Below, piece by piece: positions 13,578 through 24,179 of a stretch of DNA of 64,000 nt. The notes beneath the pieces were generated by a model. It saw only the letters and a list, made by a program, of their open reading frames with translations, searched no databases and was not told the DNA's origin. The first letter of the stretch is position 1. Each line of letters starts with the position of its first letter. The translations under genes were made by a program, and so were the position numbers. The stretch comes from Cyanophora paradoxa CCMP329 (taxonomy: Eukaryota; Plantae; Glaucophyta). The DNA is taken from positions 107,758 through 171,757 of the forward strand of contig QPMI01000183.1 in NCBI GenBank assembly GCA_004431415.1. The letters are read 5' to 3'.

Positions 13578-16500
13578 ATGGAGCCGGGAGAAAGTGCCGC
13601 GTCACCCCTAGCGACGCCGAGCGTTTCCAAACCGGCGACAGAGGCCAGCACAGCGAACCCGGCAGCCTCCCCTGCTCCTAGCGCCTCAGCGAGCACGCTG
13701 GTGTCTGCAGACACGTTGTGCACGGCGGATATGGCTGCGAAAGTCGCAGCTACCAAGTCCGCGTATCGCACACTCGACAGCGCAGCGGTCGCCAGCGCTC
13801 TTCGTATCGAGTTGGATGCACTCGGGCAACAGGTCGACGTTGAGGCGATCGAACGTGCAGTGCAAGAGTGCCGCGGCGGCATTGTCGAGGAAGCTGTGCA
13901 GAAGGCGCGCAGGCACCAAGCGCTAAAAGAGAAGCTGGAGTCTTGCCCACAGCAACAGCGTGCGTGCTGCAGCACCTTCCTTCTCGTTGTTATATCCCCC
14001 CTTACTTAGAGCGCGCTTTCACCCGCAGGCGCCGCATGCATCCGCTATCTTCAGTTGAAACTCTACAGTGAGAGCGCCACTGGCCGCGCCGAGCTTTCTG
14101 ATCTGGAAAAGCTTCTCATCCGCGTCGACAACACAATCGAAAAAGGGCAGCGTCGTGTCGCGAAGATCAAGAAGATAATGGGGAACAAATTTGACGGATT
14201 CGTTTCTGAAGAAGACTACATGGTACAGGCCTGCAGAAAGTATGTAGAATCGAGTTTCCCGACCATACCAGAAAACAAAAAGAAGCTTCTCGGTATGCGT
14301 ACACTGATTTTGTATGCCTGTCTTTCCTTTCTTTAACTTTAATTTCGTGCAGTCGCAGCCTATGACAGTTGCAAGTGGTTTGAGAAGCGCCACGGGGAAT
14401 TGATCAAGCGCATAGAAGCCTGCAAGCCAGCAGTCGAGGATGCCCTGAATCTCATCATTTCTGCCAACAAATTGGAGTACGACTTCTTGCAGGTCGATGA
14501 TTCTCTACTAAAATTGGATCGTCGGAGAGACCAGTTGGGACTCAAGCCCCGCTTGACGGTGGCGGGGCCCGCTGCTAATGCCAGCGTCAAGGAGAAATCC
14601 GGAAAGCCGAGAACACTCGTGCGCGGACCCATTCTCCGAGTCCCTGCGTGCCTTACGCGCAGCAGCCGCCCCAGAAGGATCCGAAGCTCGAGGCGAGAAA
14701 GGCGCGGGCGGCCAGCTTCACGGCTAACCCCGCCTTGTTCCGAAGGGCCCCTCCCCCCTGGGCCCGAGCCGCTGCACAGGAGGAGCCGAAGGTGGAGGGG
14801 CCGGCCGCCGCCGCCGCGGGCCCCTCGCTCCCTCCGCCGCCTCCCGAGACGAGGCCAGCCGCTCCGGCGGCCCCGGCGGCGGCGAAGGACGGGAAGGAGG
14901 AGGCGCGGCCGCGCGAGTTCGCAGTTCCGCCGCCTCGTTTCACTGGGGCCGGCGCCAGCCCGCCCGATGACGTGCCAAGCCCCTCTCAGCCGTCCCGCCA
15001 GACCCCTCCCACCCCCGCTTCCGCATTCCGTCCGCCCCTTCCTCCGCCTGGAGTGGTGGAGGAGACGCCGAGCAAGGGGCGGAAGGGTGGGCGGGCGCAG
15101 CTCTCGTCCACGGCGAGGCGCCGGTGGAAGGACAAGCTCGCGAGGGACGCGGAGCTCGAGCAGGTGCTCGCGCCCGCCTCGCCGCTCCTCCTCCCGCTTG
15201 ACCGCCGGGGCAGCTGGCGGCGCTCAGGGAATCGGAGTCGAAGGGCGGGAGCGCCGTTCGCGGGAATCTCTTTGGGGAGCCCTCAGACGAGGCGGCGGGC
15301 CCCTCCGGAGTAGAGCCCTCCCCCGCGCCCGGGCACGAGGCGCGCCAGCCCGGCTGCGACGACGATGACGATGAGTCGGTCGGCTCCGATGACGAATTCA
15401 TCCCGCGCGGCACCCTCCCCGCCAACCACCGGGCCCCTCCCCAGTTCCCCCCCGCGGCGCCCGCATCCGTTCCCCATTCCGCCCCCATCTCCACCCCTCA
15501 CGAACCCATCGTCCTCCCCCCCTGCGGCAAGCCGAACGTCGCGCCCCGATCTTCTCAGCCGGCGCCTCCCTCCGAGGCCCCGCATCCCGCCCCTTCCCAT
15601 CCCGCTCAGGCGAGCCCCGCCCGCGTCCAGCCCGCCCGCAAAGCGAAGGCGCTGTCTCCTATTGCCGTACCAGCACGCGGCGCTGGGCGCGGCCGCGGCC
15701 GCGGGCGCGGCGGAGCAGCGACGCGAGGCGGCGTCGCCAACGGAGCAGTCAGCTTCCCGGAGGCGCAGCCGAAGGGGAGAGCGCAAGCCCCGTCGGAAGA
15801 GGGCGCGCCGAGGGACGGCCAACCGAGTGCACGCGGGCGGGAGTCGAAGGCGAAGCGGGGCGGGGGTCCGTCCGGCGCCCGGCGGCGCACCGCGAAGCGC
15901 CCCGAGCCGGAATCGGAGCCGGAGCAGCCGGCCGCGGACGGAGCGGCCTCGGAAGCGGATAAGGAGGAGCCCGGGCCGCGCGTGACGCGGCTGCGCCTGC
16001 GGCGGCAGGTCGGTGGGGAGGGCGCCGGGACAGCAGAGCGCGCAGCGGCCCCGAGGTCCTCCTCCTCGGCCTCCGGAGAGTCGCATGCGGAGTCGGACGA
16101 GGAGCCGTCCTCCTCGTCTTCGCGGTCGAGCTCCGGCAGCGAGGCGAGCCCGAGCGAGCAGGAGGAGGACGCGTGGGAGGAGCAGGCGCCGACCAGGCGC
16201 GCCCCGCCCCGCCGCAGGGCCGTCCCGAAGGCCAAGGTTGCGGCGGGCGGCGAGACCGGGTCGGGGGCCGCGGCGCCGCGCAAGGGCCGCGCGCCACCGA
16301 AGAAAAAGCGGCCGGAGGCGGACGATGAAGACGAAGGGGCGCAAGGCGACGCGCCGCCGGCTCCGAAGCGCGCGCGAAAGCCCGCGGCGCCTCGGAAGCG
16401 GGCGGCGGCCGTGGCGGCCGAGCCGGCCGGAGAGGCGGAGGGGCCGAAGACCGTGGAGCCGCCAAATCGGCGCAGGAAGAAGGCAGAGGCCGCGGACGGG

Positions 16501-18708
16501 GACGCGAACCCCGCCAAGCGCTCCAAGAAGGCGGTCCGCTCTTTCGCTGAGCGCGCCTCGCCCTCCGCACCTCACCCGGCGTCGTGCAGGAGGGCGCGTG
16601 GGCGCCCAAGGTGGAGAAGCGGCCGCGGAGGGCTGCGGCGGGCGCGGCCGGCGAGAAGGATCGCTACACGGAGAACTTCCGCGGGTACAAATTGAAGAGC
16701 CGGGTGGGGCGGGGCCAGCTGGGCCAGCGGTGGCGTGCGGCAAAGCCGTCGAAGGGGGCCGCGCGGCCGGCGGCGTGGCACGGGGACGGTCAGGACGTCT
16801 CCGCGCTGCTGGGCGAGCACGCGGAGGACGTCTGCCGGGCCCTCGGCGAGGACGCCGGGCCCTCCTCCTCTTCCTCCGCACCGGCCGCCCCCGAGGCGCC
16901 GGCCGCCAGGCAGCAGGAGGCCGAGGCCGCCGTCTCATCCCTCTTCACGCAGGCGCGCCCTCTCTCCCGCGCCCCCGGAGCGCCTCCTTTCGCCGCTGAC
17001 GGCCGGCCAGCAGGAGGCGCGCGAGTACAGCCGGGAGGCCCTGGGGCGCGTCGCGTCGGCCGTTTTCGGCTTCAAGGAGCTCCGCGACGGTCCGCGGCCG
17101 ACCCGCCCGCTGCCCCGGGGTCCGGGCCTGAGCCCCCCGCAGGCCAGTACGAGATCGTCTCGCGAATCCTCGCCGGCCACTCGACGCTCGCCGCCCTGCC
17201 CACCGGTCCGCCTGCCGCGCCCTGGCCTCTCGCGGCGCCCGACGGGGCGGGGCGGGCAGGGGCGGGCAAGACGCTGTGCTACATGCTTCCGGCGGTGGTG
17301 CACAGCGTGCGCGAGGCGATGCGCGAGAAGCGCGAGGGGCAGGCCCGGCAGCAGCGCTCCGTCGGTCCGCGCCGCCCCATTTTAGACGGCGCGAGGCCGG
17401 GCCGGGGGGCCAACGGGGCGCGCAGTGCTGGTGGTGAGCCCCCTGGTGGCCCTCATGCACGACCAGCTGCGTGCTCTCCCCGTGAACCTCGGCGGCGCCC
17501 TCCTCGAGTACGGCACGACGGTGCCGCCCGCCTCCCCGCCCCCACGCCCTCGCCCTGTGCCTCATGCGGGCGGGGCGCGCAGCTCGACGAGGAAGCCGAG
17601 ATTTTCAAGCGCCTCAAGGCGCGCTCCGCCTTCGGCCGACCCCCAATGCCGCCCCGCGTGACGCGTCGGCGCGCCCGCAGGAGGGCAACGCGCGCGTGCT
17701 CTTCGCCTCGTGCGAGCGCGTCACGTCGGAGCGATTCCTGCGGGCGGCCGCGGAGCCCGCCTTCCCCCGCGTCTCCCTCGCATGCGTCGACGAGGCGCGG
17801 CGCTCCCCCCCGCGCCGCGCACCGCCTCCCTTCGCGCCGCCTGACGTCGTTCCGCGCCACAGGCGCACCTGATCTCGGACTGGGGCCACTCCTTCCGGTC
17901 CGTGCGCGTGGGCGTGGCATGCTCGCCCTTGCGTAACCGGCCGATCCCGTAGGCCCTGCTACCTCACCTTGGCCGCCGCCCTCCGCCGCCTCGGCGCCCC
18001 CACCACCCTCGCCCTCACTGGTCCGTGCCGCTCCGCCCCTTCCGCATCCGCCGCCCCGCGAAATGGCCTCCGGCAGCGACGGCGACGCGGCGCGTCGAGA
18101 GGGAGATCTGTGACACGCTCAGCATCCCCCGCGGGCCGGTCGCGGAGGGCGGCGGCGTGCGTTTCGAGCCGCCCCACGCTTGAGCTGCGTCGGCCAACCC
18201 CTCGCGCGCCTGCAGGTCGTGCGGCGGCCGCTGCACCGCCCGAACCTTCTCCTCACGGCGACGCACCTCGACGCGGAGACGAAGAGGCTCGCCCGGCGGC
18301 GCCCCGTGCTCGCGCCCGGTGCTGACTGGCCGCCCAGCTCGAGGACGGAGGCGCTGCTGGAGCTGCTGAAGAGCGAGCGAATGCGCAGCAAGAGCGTCAT
18401 CGTCTACACCGCCTACAAGGTCCCTCCCGCGCCCTCCGCGCCCCGCCGCCCCCGCGCGAGCGACGCGCGCGCAGTGGCAAGTGGATCTTGTGTGCCGCCA
18501 GCTGCAGGAACACGAAATCTCCGCGGCCCCCTACATGGGCGACATGGACTCGAAGTCACGCCGCGGGTGCGTGCAGCCGGCCGCGCCTTCGCCCGCGGCC
18601 GCCTCCGACGCGGCGCAGCGTGCTGGACTCGTTCCGCCTGGGGAAGATCCAAGTCGTCGTCGCCACCGTGGCCTTCGGGTGCCGCCCCCCCCCCCCCCCC
18701 CCCCCCCC

Positions 18709-18750
<42 letters not shown>

Positions 18751-20814
18751 TGCCTCCTGCGGCTGCGCCGCCCCGCGACCCCCGGGGCGGCGCAGGATGG
18801 GCATCGACAAGCCGGACCTGGGGGCCGTCGTCCACTGGACGCTGCCTCGCTCCCCCGAGACCTACCTCCAGGTACCTCCCGCCCCGCCCCGTCGGGGGCC
18901 CCTCAACGCATCGTGACGCGCGGTCGCAGGAGGTGGGCCGCGCCGGCCGCGACGGGCGCGATGCTGAGGGCCACGTCTTCATCCGCGACGAGGTGCGCTC
19001 CCTCCCGAGGAGGAGGCCCCGCTGCAGAGATCGATCGAGGGCGGGGGGCAGGACTACCGCCTGCTCCGCTCGCGCATCTCGAGCGACACGGTGGACGCCG
19101 ACCCGACCGTCGCCCGCCTCCTTCACCGCCTCTTCGCCCCCGGGCGAGCCCACGCGAGCCTCTTCCCCCGCGTCGCCGCCCTCGCCAAGAAGACCATCCC
19201 CACCGAGCTTAGCATGCAGGCCCGCTCCCCGCCCCTCCCGCCTGCCACACGCCCAGCTCCTCGCGCGAAGCCGAGACGGACGCGCAGCCGGATATGGTCG
19301 CCACGCTCCTCACGTACCTCGCGCAAGACAAGGAGATCTCGCCCCCGATCGCCCAGCTGCTCCCTGGTGCCGGCCCCGCACGCCCCGATGAGACGGCCCC
19401 GCGCGAGCCCCGGGGCAGCGGCGCAGGTGATGGGGAGCTTCTCGCTCGAGCGGGGCGTGAGCCTCCTGGCCCTCCACCAGCGCTTCGAGGTCGTGCGGGC
19501 CGTCGCCGAGGCGACAGCCCCGCAGGCCACCTTCACTTTTGCCCTCGCCGACGTGCGCGCCCCGCCCCCTCGCCTCCGCCCCGCCTGGCCGCCCCGGGCG
19601 GGGCCCGACGGGCGCGGCTGCCGGCAGGTGGCGAACGCAATCGGGCAGGACCTCGAGGGGGCTGCCGACGCCTTCCGCGCCCTGCAGCGCGAGAGGCAGC
19701 TCCGCTTCTTCCGCTCCGAGGTCCGCCCCCTCCGCCGCAGGGGAGGCGACGCAGGGGCCCACTCGCGCTGCAGGACGGCCTTGCCGTGCGCCTCCTGCGG
19801 GCCCCGCGGGAGGGCGAGCTGGCGGAGATCGCAGCCCGCCTCGCCGCCCGCATCGCCGCCTTCGAGCGCATATCCCTCCGCCGCCTCGACAGGTTGGCCG
19901 CTCGCGGCCCGCCCCGCCCCGCGCCGCCGCTCGCCAACGTCCTGCAGCGTGTACGCGATGCTGCGGTCCGCTGCCGTGCCCCTCCGCGTGGCGTGCCTGT
20001 CCCGCGACGACGGCGCGGTGCGGCCTGCCACATTGCCCACGCGGCGCGCAACCCAACCGACCCCCCAGGCCCAGCGGAAGGCCGCGCGTGCCCGCCGCGA
20101 GGCCAGCGACGACGAGGCTGTCGGGCGGGCCGGGCGGGCGGAGAAGAGTGCGGCCCGGGCGGCGCCCAGCGTCCGCGCGCGATGCTGACGGGCGCGGGCA
20201 GGCGGGCGGTTGCAGGCAGAGCTGGCGGAATACATGGCGGCGGAGCCCCTCGAGCCCCCGCCCGGCACCTCCACCGCCCCCCCCTACGATCCGCCCCTTC
20301 CTGTCCGCGGGTCCGCGTCTGCCCCCAATGCCGCAACCTATTCGAGGTCTCCTTTGCCTCACCGGGTCCCCCAGTGCCGATTCCTTTGACCGTGCTGACG
20401 TTCGGACTGTGCTGCGGAACGCCGCGGTTCGCCTTGCCGCCCGCCAGCGCCCGCACCGGCTCTCTTCAACGCGACTCGCGCGCAGAAAATGGGCGTCCGG
20501 CTTCTGCCCCGCCAGGTGGCCCGCGCTCTGCATGGCCTGCAGGGGTACATCATTTTTAGTTTTATTAAAAATTGATAAAGATGGGTCGCCCCGAACCAGC
20601 TCCTCCCTTTCCTGACGTCTTCGCAGTCCGGGAGACAATTGGAACAGGAACTCCCCGCCGAGTTGGTGTGGGGACCTTTTCAGAAAGAAGGTGCCCCCAG
20701 CGAGCGCAGCCTTGCCAGACAGCGCTCTGAGGGCGGGGTGTGCAGGAGCACGTCGACTTCAACGACCTCCTGCGGGATGCAATGCTGGCGATGCCCAAAC
20801 AGGGGGCACTCTAG
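13578..20814 (+). CDS. RECQL4: RecQ-family helicase, RECQL4-like, with a long N-terminal extension
   Basis: ENFRGYKLK upstream motif; FGFKELRDGQ, LPTGAGKTLCY, VVSPLVALMHDQL, CVDEAHLISDWGHSFRP, VATVAFGMGIDKPD, YLQEVGRAGRDG; C-terminal VARALHGL..HVDF. The frame can be spliced continuously from ATG 13578. Confidence 0.85.
18685..18750. repeat. Poly-C tract (66 nt, one T at 18709) inside a RecQ intron
   Basis: Directly visible; it lies between the VAFG and GMG exons. Confidence 0.9.
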
Positions 20815-21127
20815 ATCCAAGCCCGAAGCCTGCAGCCCAAAATAGGGGCCACTGGGCGACTCGGGTAGATGTAGAGTGGTATACTATGTATATATAGAAC
20901 ACCAAACACTTCGTTAATGAGCCCCAATGACAAATACGTATACAGTAGCCTACGCATTGCCATCCGGATGTGCCGATCATGATAGTTAACCGATAGCGAA
21001 CATCACTGTGAAACGAAATGTTTATCTACACAAGAAAACCAAATTCAGAGCCGCTGTACACTTTGCATTCAGCTCCACCATTGATGTTCCAAGTTCACAG
21101 CAGATTTCGTCGTCAATGTGTGAACCA

Positions 21128-23137
21128 TCAGATAACCTGGGCCGGGGGGAAAACACGCTTCAATCTCGAAAGAATTCGTACAGGGTTCGAAGTGGCAGGC
21201 AACAAACCTCTCCACGGCCGCAAGAAGACCATTCTGTACTTCCGGACCATTTCCCTGGGAGCCATTCTCGGAGAAATTGACACTCGTGCTTCCACCAGCT
21301 GAAAAATGCTGATCGCCATGATCCCTCTCATCAACAGGGAGGCGAAGTGGATAAAAATGAACTCTCCGCAAGAAACCCTTGATGACCCCAAGAACACAAA
21401 GCCGCCTGTTCGCAGCGCATCTTCAGCTGGATGAGCCATCCACAACCTGACGTATTGATCAAAGAGTCACCTGATATCGATTCCCCATGCATAGACGTCG
21501 TGTTGAACACATATGTCGTGCAAGGTGACACCCGGCTGGACTCCAATTAAAGGTATAAACACTCAGCTGGATCCGGAGAAAGAGAGAAAGAGTCACACAC
21601 GGACAGAGTGAGCACATACCTGCATAGCACATAGCACCGCCATTATTTTGTGGAACAGGGACTGGGTGGCCCCGGATGACACAGAGCGACCTGAAAACTC
21701 ATTGTTGAATTGACGTGACTGGATTGGAATGAGACCGGAGAGATGCGATTACAAACCTCTGAACTGAGAGGAGAAAGACTGGGCCGTTGATTTCGAGCAA
21801 AGCATACATACTTCACGCTGTTTAGATTCTCAGCATCTCAGAATGAAGCGAAGCGTGCCCTGCCAGTTAAGCACCTGAAGAGCGGGATCATGCCAGAGCT
21901 GATGTACTTCGGGTTGAACAGCATACACGTTCGAGAACTGGAGAACTCGCATTAGCATGTCGATTGAAAGTGGCTGCTGAAAATAACAACCTGGAATATG
22001 TCGACAACCCTGACGCATCCGTAGTACCTAGATGCACCGTCAATGAACAGTCACACTAAATGATGAGGACGAACACAAGCTGCTGGATACACTTGCAAGC
22101 CACTCCCACCTGCCACGATTTATTGCCAAAAAGCTTGAGAATGTTGCAAGATACAGACCTCAACATCAGCTTCTCTTGCAATCCGTTTGACGTAGTTGAT
22201 TCCATCAACGAAAGGCACGATCTGTATGATTTAATTGGTGGAGTTGATATTTGAACCCCCTGACAAAACACGGGCCAAAACCAAAGTACCTGCTGCAGAG
22301 TCAGGTCCCAGTCCTTTGTAACGAGTCTTCTCAAGTCGAAGACAGGAACAGGAACCTGGCAAACGAAGTTCAAGTTGCTGGCAAACAATATATTTGCATG
22401 AAAAGCAGAACCTGATGCTCCTTCACTTCGGAGGGAGGGGGAAGTGGGGAAAAGAGCTTCAGACTGATCGTGTTCGCAGCGTCTGAAGCACAATAATTAA
22501 AGCAATGCAGTTGTTTGCTAGAGAAAGGTCGAACCTACTGGAACACTGCATTCGCCTTGCTCGCAGAGCTGCTCGTGCAATCGAGGAAGGATGCTGCGAA
22601 GGGTCTGTTTGCTTTCTGGGCGAGATAGAAATTCGCTCTCGGTCTGTCGAAAATATCAGTTAAGTATCACGCGACGATTTCACAACCTAGCAAGCGCCAG
22701 TGTACCTCGAGGGCACACAAAACCAGGGCGAGCTTGCGCACAAGCGGCTCGTAGTGCTCCACCTCCGCATCCTCTGCAAACACGAACCCGGCGTTGAACA
22801 GCAGAGCGTTCCGTGCATACTTTGCCTTCTCAAGACACACAGGCAAGCACAGGATCTTGATACCGAACGCGCAGCTGTACATGTGGACGTAGTGAGAAGG
22901 AAGCAACCTACTGTGCAACGCGAAGCGCACATCGTAATAAGTTTGCCAGCAATCTGCGGCTTCGTGATAACATACTCCGACACCGCGTCGAAGACGTCTG
23001 GAGACACGAAGCTGGCGCGGACGGTTAGAACTCACGCGTGCCGCGATCCGCGCAGGTACGCACCCCTCAGGACTTTGAAATGCTATTCGCGGCCCGACGA
23101 CGTTGTCGAATTCGGCGAAAAAGATGGCTCGCAGCAT
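21128..23137 (-). CDS. NPRL2: GATOR1 subunit NPRL2 (3' end uncertain)
   Basis: IFFAEFDNVVGPRIAFQSPE, FDAVSEYVITKPQ, KYARNALLFN, YEPLVRKLA, WDLTLQQ, PFVDGINYVKRIA, IFQFSNVY-like motif. Confidence 0.92.
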
Positions 23138-23438
23138 AGCTAGTTTGCTTGTGTTATCAGTGCGCATAGCTGAACAAATTTCATGAGCCGCATCCTCGGA
23201 CGCGTAATGCGTGACTCATGCACACGATCAGCCCAGCGCTACCGTGTGCCGGCTACGCCGGCGTTGGCTGGGTCGGTGGCAGGGTACCGATCCTACTCGG
23301 CCCGCCCAGCGTTGCTAGCCGCGCTGTGCTATGGAGCAGAGAAGCGGCTCGTATAGTGCAGCACAGGTAGTGCATGGTGCCCTTCCAGCCCCGGCCCCCG
23401 ACGACGTCCACCCAATACTACATTACATCTACAGTCGG

Positions 23439-24025
23439 CTAGAACTTCCGCTTAATCTCGAACTGCACGACCGGGGTGACCTTCTGGAGGTCGTTGAAGT
23501 CCTTCACGTTCGTGAGGTCCGCATCGCCTGGCGAGAAGAGAATCAGGGCCGACGTGGATGCGAGAGAGCAGCCGTGCGAAGCTTCTAAAGAGTCTGAAAG
23601 TAGAAAGAAGCTTTCAAATGGCAACGGGGCCTAGACTCTGCATACGCAGCTACCGGAAAACCCAGGGCGGGTGTTACCCGCATCTATGGCGGGAGTAGCT
23701 AGGGCGAGGCTCAGAGTCCTGCTCGGTACGCACCCTTGAAGACGATCTTGGTCGCAGAGTCGATCTTGAACTGCGCGGAGGGTCGAAAGAAGGTCAGTGG
23801 CCATCGCAATTCGTCGAGACGAGCTGCATGAGGCGGCAACCGCCAAGGTGGGAGAACGAAACCGACCTCCTTGGTGATGGTCACACCGTACTTGGCATCC
23901 TTGTGGCCATCGGCGGTCAGGAGCTGCGCGGGAGACCCAGTTCAGGGACAGGATGACGCATGGCTTCGCGGCTTCTTCGCTCGAACCTGGCGGTAGCGGA
24001 TATCGACGTCGAAGCCGAGCGACAT
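23439..24025 (-). CDS. 73-aa four-beta-strand protein resembling one repeat of plastid outer envelope pore OEP21
   Basis: Exons 24025-23987, 23923-23867, 23770-23734 and 23527-23439, all GT-AG, join in frame to MSLGFDVDIRYRQLLTADGHKDAKYGVTITKEFKIDSATKIVFKGDADLTNVKDFNDLQKVTPVVQFEIKRKF*; strong C/G-ending codon bias. The gene model is well supported; the family call is tentative. Confidence 0.75.
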
Positions 24026-24179
24026 GTTTCTGTGATTTCCCGAAGTACGGAACTCGACAATCAAGAAACCGCAGCTGCTCGACAACTGTACCCGCTTGTT
24101 ATCCCACCCCCCCTCCCCTCAACCCACCCCCAAGACCTAGTAGCTGGCGACCGTTTAGCTAGTACGGCGCTGCAGCGCG

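Noticed and set aside
16950-20200. Apparent frameshifts or pseudogenisation in RecQ, cullin, ADAT3 and Cav
   Set aside because: Each one I checked is resolved by a short GT-AG or GC-AG intron
14400-20640. Many long overlapping ORFs (300-800 aa, R/G/A/P-rich) on both strands here and at 39.6-52.5 kb and 59-63 kb
   Set aside because: Shadow ORFs caused by stop-codon scarcity at ~80% GC; the conserved motifs hop between frames at introns
23528-23733. snoRNA in the unusually long (206-nt) third intron of the mini-barrel gene
   Set aside because: Only a small hairpin; no clear C/D or H/ACA boxes seen
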